Assembly (NCBI GenBank): GCA_013388645.1
Contig: JACAEV010000230.1
Location: forward strand, 1,716 to 65,715
Origin: Syntrophaceae bacterium
Lineage (GTDB): Bacteria > Desulfobacterota > BSN033 > UBA1163
DNA: 64,000 bases
Direction: 5' to 3'
The notes under the pieces were generated by a model that ran no database searches, was not told the origin of the DNA, and saw nothing but the letters and a program-made list of their open reading frames with translations. The position numbers and the translations under genes are program-made. Positions 1 to 10,577 of this stretch are shown here, one piece after another (positions within the stretch are counted from its first letter, which is position 1; each line of letters begins with the position of its first letter).

Positions 1-9
1 AAAGGGGCG

Positions 10-1452
10 ATGACGATCTTCGCCTTTACCATTTTTTTCGTCAGTTGTACCCCCGCCATTCCCACTCAACCGACTTCCCTTCTTCCTCCTCCTCCACCCA
101 TTGAACCTCCATCTGAAACGCCAGCTTCACCCATCCCTCCACCTTCTCTTCTCCCTGATCTCACTATCTCTGACATCTCCTTAAGTGAAACCGGAACAGT
201 GGTCGTCAAGATTTCGAATATTGGAAAAGGGCCTGTTCCTTCTCGTGCTGGGAGGTTATCCATTTCTATCGATGGACAGCTTAAATGGTCGACGCCTCTC
301 GAAAACCCTCCGGATCGAGATTTTCTACAACCCGGAGAGTCTGCGACTTACAGCACCCCAGTTGAATTGGAGGGGAAGCAAGAAGTCCGAGCCACCCTCG
401 ATCAGGAAGAGCGATTCGTTGAAGAAAATGATTTGAATAATTCGCTTGCAAAAAGTTTGGGGAAGGAAAAAATAGAGGTAAAACCTCCGTTACTTCCTGA
501 CCTCGCCCTTGCCGATCTTTTTGTCACTCCCCAGAGGAAGTTGGCGGTCATCATTTCCAATATCGGCGAGGCCCCACTTCCTTTAAGCGGAGGAACTTTA
601 AAGGTCAGGGTCGATGGATCCCTTAAGGGGATCTATACATTGGGGAGTCTTTCCAATCAATCGAATCTCGCTATGAAAGGAAGTTTGACATTGACCACCC
701 CTCTCACTCTTATCGGGCGGCATGAGATTGATGCTCAGATCGACTTCATGCAAGGAGTGAAAGAAATCCATGAGGAAAATAACCAACTGAAGAAGGTATT
801 GGAAGGATTACCAGTTGGGCCGGATATGGTGGTGAAGGATGTTGAGCTGACAGAAGATTTAACGTTGATGATCATTCTCGGAAATAAAGGTGAAGTGGAT
901 CTCCGAAGAGGGGTGACCTTTCGGATTCGAATTTACATCAATGACCGAAAGATATCCGATTTTGATCATTTCGTTTCAGAAATAATGAAGGCCCATTTTG
1001 GAAACCGATATGTTATGTCACCCCCTTATCCGATAGGAATCACCGGGATTTCCAAGGTAAAAGTTTTCATTTCGCCCAAATCTCAAATGGATGACACTCG
1101 CCCAGAAAACAATATCCTTGAGAGGACATTCATCATTTTTCCTTTTAAGATGGGTTCACAAGGGAGGGAAGAATTCTCTTTTTCTTTTTCTTCTCCACGA
1201 CTGCAAATTGAGGGCCAATCAGAGAAGATCAGAGTCGAGGCAAGAGGGGAAGGGATCGGTACCCCCCTGATGCTCTCGTTTAAAAAATCAGGAGCCCCAA
1301 AGGGGATTCCTACCCTTTCAGGGAAAAGTCCCCTGAAAGTAGAATTTCCCATCATTTTTGAGGAGGGACAGAAAGAGAACGTGTGGAGTATTGGTGTGAC
1401 GAACCTCGCCGATAAGAAGGTGGAGGGAAATCTCATCATCCAACATCCTTAA
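10..1452 (+). CDS. Putative lipoprotein with Pro-rich linker and repeated CARDB-like (cell-adhesion related) domains
   Basis: The N-terminus is a hydrophobic signal ending FFVSC, which is lipobox-like. A PPPP-rich linker follows. The block LLPDL..ISNIG(K/E)(G/A)P.P..G.L...DG occurs twice, typical of CARDB repeats. ATG at 10 is preceded by a GGGG RBS. Confidence 0.5.
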   Translation: MTIFAFTIFFVSCTPAIPTQPTSLLPPPPPIEPPSETPASPIPPPSLLPDLTISDISLSETGTVVVKISNIGKGPVPSRAGRLSISIDGQLKWSTPLENPPDRDFLQPGESATYSTPVELEGKQEVRATLDQEERFVEENDLNNSLAKSLGKEKIEVKPPLLPDLALADLFVTPQRKLAVIISNIGEAPLPLSGGTLKVRVDGSLKGIYTLGSLSNQSNLAMKGSLTLTTPLTLIGRHEIDAQIDFMQGVKEIHEENNQLKKVLEGLPVGPDMVVKDVELTEDLTLMIILGNKGEVDLRRGVTFRIRIYINDRKISDFDHFVSEIMKAHFGNRYVMSPPYPIGITGISKVKVFISPKSQMDDTRPENNILERTFIIFPFKMGSQGREEFSFSFSSPRLQIEGQSEKIRVEARGEGIGTPLMLSFKKSGAPKGIPTLSGKSPLKVEFPIIFEEGQKENVWSIGVTNLADKKVEGNLIIQHP

Positions 1453-1479
1453 TGGAGAGGTCACGCTGCGGGAGTGAAC

Positions 1480-2619
1480 ATGCAAACCATTTATTGGTTT
1501 TTGGGTGCTACCTTCGTCATCGTTGTAATGTTACTTTGGTTCATGGAGTGGCGTTGGAGGAAGAGGTTTGAAGAGATGAAGGCCGATTCATCGTCGCAAA
1601 TGGTCTGGTCACTCATCCAGCAGCAGATTGAAAAGTTGAGAGAGCAGATGAGTGAAGGATTGGCCAGAAATATTTCACAACTCACCCAGCAACAGGATGC
1701 CATGAACACCCAACTGAGGGGGATTACTGACCAAGTCAATCGCCAGCTCCAGAGTTCGAGCGGAGAAATCAATAAACGGTTGGACAATGCGGCCAGAGTG
1801 ATCGGAGAGGTTCAGCGGAATATTGGAGAGCTCTCGGAGGCCAGCAAAAGAATTTTTGAAATAGGAAAAGACATCTCCTCCCTTCAAGAGATTCTTCAGC
1901 CCCCTAAATTAAGAGGGGGATTGGGAGAACAATTTTTGGGAGAATTGTTATCCCAGATTCTTCCGGTTGAATTCTTCAGCCTTCAGCACGCCTTCTCCAG
2001 CGGGGAGAGAGTGGATGCCGTGGTGCGATTAGGAGACCGTCTCGTCCCCATCGACTCTAAGTTTCCACTCGATAATTTCAAACGGATCATCGAATGTAAA
2101 ACCGAGGAGGAGAAAAAAGCATATCAGAAGGCCTTTTACAGGGACGTGAAGAAACATATTGACGACATCGCTAACAAATATATCCTGCCTCAAGAGGGGA
2201 CTTACGATTTCGCTCTTTTATATATTCCGGCTGAAAATATCTATTATGAGACCATTACCAAAGATGAGGCGGTTGGTGAGGAGAAGGGAATTCTGAATTA
2301 TGCCCTCAAGAGAAAAGTGATTCCGGTTTCGCCCAATTCTTTCTTCGCCTATCTTCAAGTGATCGTTCTCGGGCTGAGGGGGTTGAAAATCGAAAAGGAT
2401 GCTCAACGGATCTTGGACTCATTGGCTGGCCTGAATAAAGAATTGGAGAGTTTTCAAGGAGATTTCCAGCTCATTGGGAAACATATTGTCAATGCCATGA
2501 ATAAATTTGAAGATTCTAAGAGACGGCTCGACAAATTTAGTTTAAAATTAGAACGGATCGAAAGCCAGCCCTCTTTGCCTTTATTGGAAAAAAAGATGAG
2601 GTCGGACGATGAGCCATGA
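1480..2619 (+). CDS. rmuC: DNA recombination protein RmuC
   Basis: N-terminal TM helix, long coiled-coil, then a conserved RmuC C-terminal core (DAVVRLGDRLVPIDSKFPLDNF...). ORF-track start 1474 is GTG; ATG at 1480 has GGGAG 6 nt upstream. Confidence 0.75.
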   Translation: MQTIYWFLGATFVIVVMLLWFMEWRWRKRFEEMKADSSSQMVWSLIQQQIEKLREQMSEGLARNISQLTQQQDAMNTQLRGITDQVNRQLQSSSGEINKRLDNAARVIGEVQRNIGELSEASKRIFEIGKDISSLQEILQPPKLRGGLGEQFLGELLSQILPVEFFSLQHAFSSGERVDAVVRLGDRLVPIDSKFPLDNFKRIIECKTEEEKKAYQKAFYRDVKKHIDDIANKYILPQEGTYDFALLYIPAENIYYETITKDEAVGEEKGILNYALKRKVIPVSPNSFFAYLQVIVLGLRGLKIEKDAQRILDSLAGLNKELESFQGDFQLIGKHIVNAMNKFEDSKRRLDKFSLKLERIESQPSLPLLEKKMRSDDEP

Positions 2620-3124
2620 GAACCCGGTGATTGAAACGATTAAGAGAAGGCGATCCATTCGTCACTTTTCCCGAGAGCCGGTTTCGGAAGAGGTCATCAA
2701 CCAGATTCTCGAATCGGGTGGTTGGGCTCCTTCTGGCCAAAACAACCAACCTTGGAAATTTGCCATCATCCAGGACAAGGGTTTAAAAGAATCATTAGCC
2801 GCTCTCACCCATTCTCGTGCGATTATCCAAGGAGCTCCCGTTTGCATCGCCATTTTTTTAGATCACTCCAAATCATACGACCGGACGAAGGATGTCCAAG
2901 CCATTGGGGCCTCCATTCAAAATATGCTCCTCACGATTCATGCCTTAGGATTAGGAGGCGTATGGTTAGGTGAAATTTTAAAGAATAAAGACAAAGTAGG
3001 AGAACTATTGGAGACCCCTAAAGAATTAGAGTTGATGGCCGTCGTGGCCTTCGGCCATTCAGATCGTCCACCCGAAAGAGGGAAAAGAGACCCCATCGAA
3101 AAAAAAGTTTTCTTAAGAAAATAA
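2609..3124 (+). CDS. Nitroreductase family protein
   Basis: RRSIRHF...GGWAPSGQNNQPWKF is the hallmark nitroreductase N-terminal motif. It overlaps rmuC by 11 nt, suggesting an operon. Confidence 0.75.
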   Translation: MSHENPVIETIKRRRSIRHFSREPVSEEVINQILESGGWAPSGQNNQPWKFAIIQDKGLKESLAALTHSRAIIQGAPVCIAIFLDHSKSYDRTKDVQAIGASIQNMLLTIHALGLGGVWLGEILKNKDKVGELLETPKELELMAVVAFGHSDRPPERGKRDPIEKKVFLRK

Positions 3125-3136
3125 TTGGAGCCTTCA

Positions 3137-3670
3137 ATGATCCCGACCAGGGAGGAATGCTTAAAGCTAATGGGTGATTTTGGAATGTTAGACAACATTG
3201 TCGCCCATAGCCTTGAAGTGGCAAGAGTGGCCCTTTTCCTCTCAAAGGAGTTGAATAAGAGGGGTCAACGGATTTCTCTCGAATTAGTGGAGGCCGCCTC
3301 TTTATTGCACGATCTGACCAAGACGGCATGCCTCAAAACCAAAGAAGATCACGCCAGGACTGGGTCTCAGCTTTTAAAGCAGTTGGGATATGAACGGGTC
3401 GGGGAGGTCGTCGCACAACATATCTGGTTGGGCAAAAAAGAAGATCCTTTGACCCTCTCCGAAGAGGAGATTGTCAATTATGCAGATAAACGTGTGATGC
3501 ATGATCGCATTGTCACATTGGATGAGAGGTTTCACGATCTTAAAGACCGATATGGGAGAGACCAGAAGGCCATTGACTATTTAGATCGAATGGAAAAAGA
3601 GATTTACGGGATTGAACAAAAAATATTTTTTATTTTACAGACTGACCCTGATGAACTTCTGACCCTTTGA
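3137..3670 (+). CDS. HD domain phosphohydrolase
   Basis: H..E...LLHDLTK places the HD-motif histidine and aspartate. Track start 3125 is TTG; ATG at 3137 has a GGAG RBS at -6. Confidence 0.6.
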   Translation: MIPTREECLKLMGDFGMLDNIVAHSLEVARVALFLSKELNKRGQRISLELVEAASLLHDLTKTACLKTKEDHARTGSQLLKQLGYERVGEVVAQHIWLGKKEDPLTLSEEEIVNYADKRVMHDRIVTLDERFHDLKDRYGRDQKAIDYLDRMEKEIYGIEQKIFFILQTDPDELLTL

Positions 3671-3684
3671 CGGAAGATAGAAAT

Positions 3685-4836
3685 ATGGCAGATCTTTCTT
3701 TTGAACAAGGTCCCATCCGTCCGCCCAGTGAAGCTTACAGCCTCCTGTTGCGCGTGACGCGAAACTGCCCCTGGAACCGGTGTGAGTTTTGTCATACCTA
3801 CAAGCATAAGAAATTTAGTCTCAGGCGTGTGGAGGAAATAAAAAAAGATATTGACATCGTCCGAGAGATCGTCTCAGAGATCAAAAGCTTATCATGGAAA
3901 TACGGATTTGGAGGAGGGATCACGGTTCCTCTGGTCAATCTCATTTTACAAGATCCCCAGCATTTTTCTGATGGATTTCGGAGTGTGGCGTTATGGCTTT
4001 ATGAAGGAGGGAAGAATGTCTTTCTTCAGGACGGCGATAACCTGATCCTCAAAACCAGTGAATTGGTCGAGATATTAAGATATTTAAAAGAGACGTTTCC
4101 TTCCATCGAGAGGATCACCACTTACGCTCGGGCTAAAACGGTTTCAAAAAAGAAGGTCGAAGAACTTCAGGACCTCTATCGAGCTGGAATATCCAGAATT
4201 CATATTGGTCTGGAAACAGGATATCATCCGCTCCTTCAATATATCCAAAAAGGAGTGACCCCCCAGGAACATATCGAAGCGGGTAGAAAGGTCAAGGAAT
4301 CTGGGATCTCCCTCTCCGAATATGTGGTGCTGGGCTTGGGAGGAAAGGGAATGTGGCGGGAACACGCACTCCAAACGGCAATGGTTCTGAACCAAATCAA
4401 CCCCGACTTCATCCGGGTTCGAACATTAAAGGTGTTAAAGACCATGCCCCTTTATCAAAAAATTGAATCAAAGGAATTCGTCCTGCTCAATGATGATGAG
4501 ATCATTGAAGAGGAAAGGTTATTGATCCAATCATTGGAGGGGATTACCAGTCGGTTTGTCAGTGATCACATCTTAAACCTGCTCGAAGAGGTGGAAGGGA
4601 AATTTCCGGAAGAGAAGGAGAAGATGCTCAGCATCATCGATCGATATCTCGCTCTTCCGAAAGAAGAAAAAGAGAACTTTCGCTTGGGGAGAAGGGCAGG
4701 AGTCTACCGCTCGCTGGAGGATCTTGATCAACCCGAGCTCAGAGAAAAAGTGGAAGAGGCTCTTTTACAGATCGAAAAGAAGGGGCCAGGGGAGATTGAG
4801 AAGGTCCTCTCCGATTTAATGGAGTCCTTTATATGA
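3685..4836 (+). CDS. Radical SAM-like protein with a variant CX4CX2C cluster motif
   Basis: RNCPWNRCEFCH near the N-terminus, then a TIM-barrel-like IHIGLETG segment. Track start 3667 is TTG; ATG at 3685 has a better RBS. It is translationally adjacent to the HD protein. Confidence 0.5.
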   Translation: MADLSFEQGPIRPPSEAYSLLLRVTRNCPWNRCEFCHTYKHKKFSLRRVEEIKKDIDIVREIVSEIKSLSWKYGFGGGITVPLVNLILQDPQHFSDGFRSVALWLYEGGKNVFLQDGDNLILKTSELVEILRYLKETFPSIERITTYARAKTVSKKKVEELQDLYRAGISRIHIGLETGYHPLLQYIQKGVTPQEHIEAGRKVKESGISLSEYVVLGLGGKGMWREHALQTAMVLNQINPDFIRVRTLKVLKTMPLYQKIESKEFVLLNDDEIIEEERLLIQSLEGITSRFVSDHILNLLEEVEGKFPEEKEKMLSIIDRYLALPKEEKENFRLGRRAGVYRSLEDLDQPELREKVEEALLQIEKKGPGEIEKVLSDLMESFI

Positions 4837-4976
4837 TTATCTCGGAAAGATGGATGACAAAAAAATAAAAGACTTGACTTTTAAAATATCGATGGTTTAT
4901 GATGAGCGACGTTTTAGTGATGCTCTATATGATCCTATCCAAGATAGGAGTTCAAAAAAAGGAGGAGGTGATTTAA

Positions 4977-5249
4977 ATGACCAAGGCGGAATTGATTTCG
5001 GCAGTGGCTAAGGAGACCAAAATCTCAAAAGCGTCCGCTGAGAAAGCGATCAATGCTTTCACCAGTGCTGTGACGAAGGCATTAAAGAAGAGGGATAAAT
5101 TGACCCTCACAGGTTTTGGAACTTTCTCAGCTGCAAAGAGGGGGCAAAGGACAGGAAGAAATCCTCAAACTGGAAAGGAGATTAAAATTCCTGCCAAATA
5201 TGTGGCGAAATTCAAGCCAGGCAATCTGTTAAAAAATGCAGTGAAGTGA
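4977..5249 (+). CDS. hup: DNA-binding protein HU
   Basis: 90 aa. MTKAELI..., GFGTF and RNPQTGKEIKIPA match the HU/IHF family closely. Strong AAAGGAGGAGG RBS. Confidence 0.85.
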   Translation: MTKAELISAVAKETKISKASAEKAINAFTSAVTKALKKRDKLTLTGFGTFSAAKRGQRTGRNPQTGKEIKIPAKYVAKFKPGNLLKNAVK

Positions 5250-5289
5250 CCTTTGATAAACCAGGTTTATTCTGATTAAGTTTTAATAA

Positions 5290-5335
5290 AAGAGGGAAGG
5301 AAGAAAAATCTTTCCCTCTTTTATTATTGGAAATG
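5290..5335 (+). terminator. Rho-independent terminator after hup
   Basis: GAGGGAA...TTCCCTC stem followed by TTTTATTATT, directly downstream of the hup stop. Confidence 0.5.
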
Positions 5336-5952
5336 GTTAATAAAAAACTGATTGTAAAAAAGGCTATAAACAGGTTATGAACATTTTGCTTTTAACCGTA
5401 CCCTTGAGAACCACAATATATTGTGTTTTGGATGTTAAAAAACACAAAAATATAACCCATTGAAATTTATAACTTTTTATTGAAGGGTATTTGGGTACAA
5501 TTTTGTTATTGTTGGGAGTTGAACCTCAAGATGGTCTCAAATTTTTTATTTCCACAGGTTTTAAACATTTGAGATGAATGACTTCTAAGTATTGATATTT
5601 CTCTATTTGAGGAGAACCCCGCCATCTTTCCCTTGATTTTGAATCAAATCCTCTGCTCCTATTGTGGAGATGATGATAGAATCAATCGCAGAAAAGCATA
5701 GGCATGGGAATGATAGAAAATTTCGATTTCAGAGAGAAATAGGGCAATTTTTCCCAATCGCTTTGGCCTTTTTAGAAATATCCTCAATCCCATTGCAGGA
5801 TTTATTTATCTAAAGCAAAGCCATGTTTCTGATTCCATTTGATATAAATCCTTTTTCCGTGACCGCTCGGAATGGGAATCCATTTGAAAGATTCAGGACT
5901 TTTTGTTATCTTGTTAGAAACAAAATAGAGGGAGAGGCTACCCATCCAACCG

Positions 5953-7863
5953 ATGAAACATGTCATTCTTGGAACCGCTGGGCATATTGATCATGGCAAG
6001 ACAGCTCTCATCAAAGCCTTAACTGGAGTCGATACAGACCGATTGAAAGAGGAGAAGGAAAGGGGAATCACCATTGAGCTTGGATTCACTTTTTTAGACC
6101 TTCCTAATGGGATTCGCCTTGGAATCATTGATGTGCCCGGTCATGAAAAATTTGTGAAGCATATGGTGGCTGGCGTTTGGGGAATAGACCTGGTCGCTTT
6201 AATCATTGCCGCCGATGAAGGCGTCATGCCTCAGACAAGGGAGCACTTAGATATCTGTCGGCTTCTGAAAGTGAAAAAGGGATTGGTGGTTTTAACCAAA
6301 ATGGATCTGGTGGATCGTGAATTATTAGAGATGGTCAAAGAAGAAGTGATAGACATTGTCCAAAACACATTCTTAAAAGGAGCGCCCATTCTTGCTGTTT
6401 CCTCTTTAACGGGGGAGGGAATTCCTCAACTCCTTTCCACTCTTGATCACCTTTCAAAGGAAATTGAGGAGAGGTCTTCGGATGGATTATTTCGCTTGCC
6501 CATTGACCGTGTCTTTGTCATGAAAGGGTTTGGAACAGTCGTCACTGGGACCGTGATCTCTGGCACCTTGTCGATGGGCGAAACCCTACAGGTCCTTCCT
6601 TCTGGGTTGGAAGCGAAGGTACGGAATCTCCAAGTCTATAATCAAAAGGTTGAAAAAACAGTGGCAGGAGAAAGGGCGGCAATTAACCTGCAAGGGGTCG
6701 AAACCACTGCCATCGAAAGAGGAGACGTACTTGTCAGACCCAACACCCTTAAACCCACACAACTCATCGATGCTTATTTTGAATACTTATCCACCGCATC
6801 CCGTCCTTTAAAGCACAGAACCAAACAGAGATTTCATATTGGAACGACCCTCACCCATGCTTCGATCTTCCTTCTTGATCAAGAAGAATTAGACCCGGGG
6901 GAGGGCGGCTTTGTTCAATTGAGGCTGGAAAAACCGGTTGTCGCTTTACCTCAAGATCGTTTTGTCATCCGTGGTTCTTCAGTGATTCAGACTATCGGAG
7001 GAGGAGTGATCCTTAATAGTCATCCTGAAAAACATAAAAGATATTCTTCTTCGATCATTGCTGACCTCAAACTCCTCAAAGAGGGGACTAGTGAACAGGC
7101 TCTTCACCAGCATATTCATCATTCTGGAATGATGGGGATATCATTGGAAGACCTATTGAATCGCGTGGAAATGCCCCCGGATGAGGTTCAGCGGATGATC
7201 AGACAGAGTGTTGAAAAGGGCAATTCGCTATGGATTGATCAAGAAAAGTGGAAGGTGATCGAAAGGGGACATTATCAAGGGTTGAGGAAATTGGCATTGG
7301 GTCAATTGGAAGAATTTCATCAACGATTTCCAATAAAATCTGGATTATCCAAGGAGGAACTGCGAACGAAACTTCCCCAGGAGATCGATCTCAAACTCTT
7401 CCAAACCCTCATCCAAGACCTCATTCAATCGAAAGAGGTCGTTTTGGAAAAAGACAAATTGAGACTCTCCAGCCATCATCTTTCAGCGACGGATGAAAAA
7501 GGTCTAATCAAGAGAGTGGAATCGGCTGTTCTGAGGGGAGGGCTTCAACCACCCTCCCCAAAAGAATTATCAGAGGAATGGATTGAGTCGGAAGAAGAGG
7601 TGCGTGCTATTTTTGAACATCTGGTTCATGAGGGAATTTTAATTCGGATTAAAAGTGATTTCTATTTCCATCGGATTCCCTTCGAGAATCTAAAGAACGA
7701 ATTAATTACTTTTTTAAAGACGCATCGAGAGATCACCACTCCTCAATTTAAAGAGATGACCAAGGCCTCAAGAAAATATGTTATCCCCTTGATTGAATAT
7801 TTTGACCAGATAAAATTGACACTTCGATTGGGGGATAAGAGAATCCTGAGAGGGGCCTCTTAA
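5953..7863 (+). CDS. selB: Selenocysteine-specific elongation factor SelB
   Basis: GTPase G1 motif [10 protein letters not shown]-Tu-like domains, and a long C-terminal winged-helix extension that binds SECIS; 636 aa. Confidence 0.85.
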   Translation: MKHVILGTAGHIDHGKTALIKALTGVDTDRLKEEKERGITIELGFTFLDLPNGIRLGIIDVPGHEKFVKHMVAGVWGIDLVALIIAADEGVMPQTREHLDICRLLKVKKGLVVLTKMDLVDRELLEMVKEEVIDIVQNTFLKGAPILAVSSLTGEGIPQLLSTLDHLSKEIEERSSDGLFRLPIDRVFVMKGFGTVVTGTVISGTLSMGETLQVLPSGLEAKVRNLQVYNQKVEKTVAGERAAINLQGVETTAIERGDVLVRPNTLKPTQLIDAYFEYLSTASRPLKHRTKQRFHIGTTLTHASIFLLDQEELDPGEGGFVQLRLEKPVVALPQDRFVIRGSSVIQTIGGGVILNSHPEKHKRYSSSIIADLKLLKEGTSEQALHQHIHHSGMMGISLEDLLNRVEMPPDEVQRMIRQSVEKGNSLWIDQEKWKVIERGHYQGLRKLALGQLEEFHQRFPIKSGLSKEELRTKLPQEIDLKLFQTLIQDLIQSKEVVLEKDKLRLSSHHLSATDEKGLIKRVESAVLRGGLQPPSPKELSEEWIESEEEVRAIFEHLVHEGILIRIKSDFYFHRIPFENLKNELITFLKTHREITTPQFKEMTKASRKYVIPLIEYFDQIKLTLRLGDKRILRGAS

Positions 7864-7910
7864 CATTAGGAGAAGGAAGCATCAGCCCATCAAAGGAAAG
7901 GTGAGCAGAG

Positions 7911-8618
7911 ATGACAAAGCCCAAAAAAATTATCAAGAAGAAGTTAAAAAAGCCAGATGAATTCATCAGTTTTACTGAAAGGGCCTTCCATTTTATCACC
8001 CATCACTTCAAATCAATCGCAGTAGGAGGGGGGATCGTTTTATTCATCATATTGTCTCTTATTGTTTATCAAAAGTGGGAAACGAAAAATGAAGAAAACG
8101 CCTCGCAGCTCTTTCATTCCATCATGGAGACTTACCAGGGTGTTCGCAGCCCGTATCGAGAGGGATCGATTCAGGAATATAAAAAGGTCATAGAAAAACT
8201 GAATGAGGTGATTGATAAATTTCCAAGAACTCCCTCTGGGAGATTATCCTTATTATATAAGGGAAACCTTCATCTCCGGTTAGGCGAATTCGATGAGGCG
8301 ATCACATCTTATGAAACGTTTCTGCAAAAAGCAGGGGGAGAAAAACTTTACCTTTCTTTTGCCTTAGAGGGTCTTGGGTATTCCTATGAGGGGAAAAAGG
8401 ATTATGAAAAGGCCATTCATGCCTATCAAAAAATTCTCGAATTAGGCGAGAATTTTCGAGTGTCTGATGGACATTTAGCCTTGGGACGTTGTTACGAAAA
8501 ATTGGGGAAGAATAAAGAGGCAGTCGAACAATATAAGTCTTTTGTAAAAATTGCTCCAAAATCTGTAATGGCCAATGCCGTATTGAGAAGTATTTCAAAC
8601 CTTGAGAAATCCCCATGA
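7911..8618 (+). CDS. Membrane-anchored tetratricopeptide-repeat protein
   Basis: Lys-rich N-terminus, one TM helix, then TPR-like repeats (AxxYxxxL periodicity). Confidence 0.55.
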   Translation: MTKPKKIIKKKLKKPDEFISFTERAFHFITHHFKSIAVGGGIVLFIILSLIVYQKWETKNEENASQLFHSIMETYQGVRSPYREGSIQEYKKVIEKLNEVIDKFPRTPSGRLSLLYKGNLHLRLGEFDEAITSYETFLQKAGGEKLYLSFALEGLGYSYEGKKDYEKAIHAYQKILELGENFRVSDGHLALGRCYEKLGKNKEAVEQYKSFVKIAPKSVMANAVLRSISNLEKSP

Positions 8619-8635
8619 ATAAGTTAAATATTTCA

Positions 8636-8665
8636 CTTGACAATGGAGTAGTAAAAATATATTTG
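8636..8665 (+). promoter_or_regulatory. Candidate sigma-70 promoter for iorAB
   Basis: TTGACA at 8636, then a TATATT-like -10 about 15-17 nt downstream. RBS AATGAGGTGA sits before ATG 8708. Confidence 0.25.
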
Positions 8666-8707
8666 TGATATTTAGTACAAATTCATTTTAAATTAATGAG
8701 GTGATCT

Positions 8708-10534
8708 ATGAAAAAAATTTTGAGTGGAAACGAGGCAATTGCACGGGGGGCATTTGAGGCTGGAGTAAAATTTGCCGCTGCCTATCCTGGGACACCCAGC
8801 ACAGAGATATTAGAAACGATAGCACAAGAATATAAGGATATTTATGCCGAGTGGTCACCGAATGAAAAGGTGGCATTGGAAGTCGTTTATGGGGCATCCA
8901 TGGCAGGCGCAAGAGCGATTGCCTGTATGAAACATGTGGGAGTTAATGTGGCTGCTGACCCCTTTATGACCCTTTCCTATGTTGGAGTCAATGGAGGTTT
9001 AGTGCTGGTTACTTGTGATGACCCTGAGCTTTATAGCTCTCAAAATGAACAGGATAATCGAAATTACGCCAAATTTGCTAAGGTACCGATGTTTGAACCG
9101 AGTGATAGCCAGGAGGCAAAGGATTTTATTAAATTGGCTTTTGAGGTCAGTGAGAAGTTTGATACCCCAGTGATGGTAAGAGGAGTCACTCGGATCTCCC
9201 ATGCCAAAGGCATTGTCGAATTGCAGGACCCTATATTACCCCCCGTTCCAATCGAGATCAAAAAAGATACGGCTAAATATACGATGCTTCCCTCCTATGC
9301 ACGCGTCCGGCATGTGGTCATTGAGGAGAGGCTTCTTAAATTGAAAGAATTTGCCGAGCAATTCCAAGGAAATCGAATGGAGATCAATGATCCAACGATG
9401 GGGATTATTACGGCTGGGATTTCCTATCAATATGCCAAGGAGGTTTATCCAAATTATTCCTATCTTAAATTAGGGATGGTTTGGCCCCTCCCCAAAGATC
9501 TGGTCGGAGAGTTCTTTAAAAAAGTGAAGAAGGTTTATATTGTTGAAGAATTGGATCCTTTTTTAGAAGAAAATATTAGAGCAATGGGATTCAAACCGAA
9601 GGGTGGAAAAAATCTATTCTCTCTATGTGGTGAACTGAATCCCTACCTTGTAGAGAAAGGAATGTTGGGAAAAAAATTTAAAGCCCCCAAGCCTTTTTTC
9701 AAAGAAACCCTTCCCCCTCGCCCCCCCAATTTGTGTCCAGGATGTCCGCACCGAGGGGTTTTTCATGTTTTAAGGAAGCTGAAGGTCTTCGCTTCAGGGG
9801 ACATCGGATGTTATACCTTGGGTGCTTATCCCCCTTTAAATGTGATCAACAGCAATATCTGTATGGGATCGAGCATTGGGGGGGCCCACGGGATGGCCAA
9901 GGTTTTGGGAGAAAAGGGGAAAGGAAAGATTGTCGGTGTGATTGGAGATTCAACCTTTCTCCATGCAGGAGTCCATCCCTTGATGGATATGGGTTACAAT
10001 AAAAGCTATGCCACGATCATCCTTCTTGATAATCGAACCACTGGCATGACCGGACAGCAAGAACATCCAGCGACGGGATACACCATCAGGGGAGAAAAAA
10101 CACATCGGATTGATTTCGTAGAGTTGGGAAAAGCCTTGGGGATTGAAAATCCGAGGAAGTTAAACCCATGGAATTTAGAGGAAACAGAAAGAGTCATCAC
10201 GGAAGAGCTTGAAACGGATGAACCTTCTCTCGTCATCAGCGAAGGCCCCTGCACCCTGCTGCGCAGGGCTTTTAAGAAATTTAACAAACCCTTACAGGTG
10301 GATGTGACCAAGTGTATTGGATGTAAAGCCTGTGTCAATCTCGGTTGCCCGGCGATCTCATATCAACCGGTGGATGGGGAGATGGCAGTGACGGCGGATG
10401 GAAAAAAACGCAAAGGAATTTCTCATATTGAAGCAACACTCTGTCCCGGATGTCATCTCTGTTATCAGGTGTGTAAATTTGGGGCCATTCAAACTCAAGA
10501 AGAAAAGCCCATCTTTGGGTTCGAAATCGCATAA
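8708..10534 (+). CDS. iorA: Indolepyruvate:ferredoxin oxidoreductase alpha subunit
   Basis: N-terminus MKKILSGNEAIARGAFEAGV..AAYPGTPSTEI, a TPP-binding region, and two C-terminal 4Fe-4S Cys motifs (CIGCKAC...CP and CPGCHLC). Confidence 0.85.
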   Translation: MKKILSGNEAIARGAFEAGVKFAAAYPGTPSTEILETIAQEYKDIYAEWSPNEKVALEVVYGASMAGARAIACMKHVGVNVAADPFMTLSYVGVNGGLVLVTCDDPELYSSQNEQDNRNYAKFAKVPMFEPSDSQEAKDFIKLAFEVSEKFDTPVMVRGVTRISHAKGIVELQDPILPPVPIEIKKDTAKYTMLPSYARVRHVVIEERLLKLKEFAEQFQGNRMEINDPTMGIITAGISYQYAKEVYPNYSYLKLGMVWPLPKDLVGEFFKKVKKVYIVEELDPFLEENIRAMGFKPKGGKNLFSLCGELNPYLVEKGMLGKKFKAPKPFFKETLPPRPPNLCPGCPHRGVFHVLRKLKVFASGDIGCYTLGAYPPLNVINSNICMGSSIGGAHGMAKVLGEKGKGKIVGVIGDSTFLHAGVHPLMDMGYNKSYATIILLDNRTTGMTGQQEHPATGYTIRGEKTHRIDFVELGKALGIENPRKLNPWNLEETERVITEELETDEPSLVISEGPCTLLRRAFKKFNKPLQVDVTKCIGCKACVNLGCPAISYQPVDGEMAVTADGKKRKGISHIEATLCPGCHLCYQVCKFGAIQTQEEKPIFGFEIA

Positions 10535-10577
10535 AAAATGGAATGATGGAACACTGGAGTAACGAAAGGGGGAGAGC

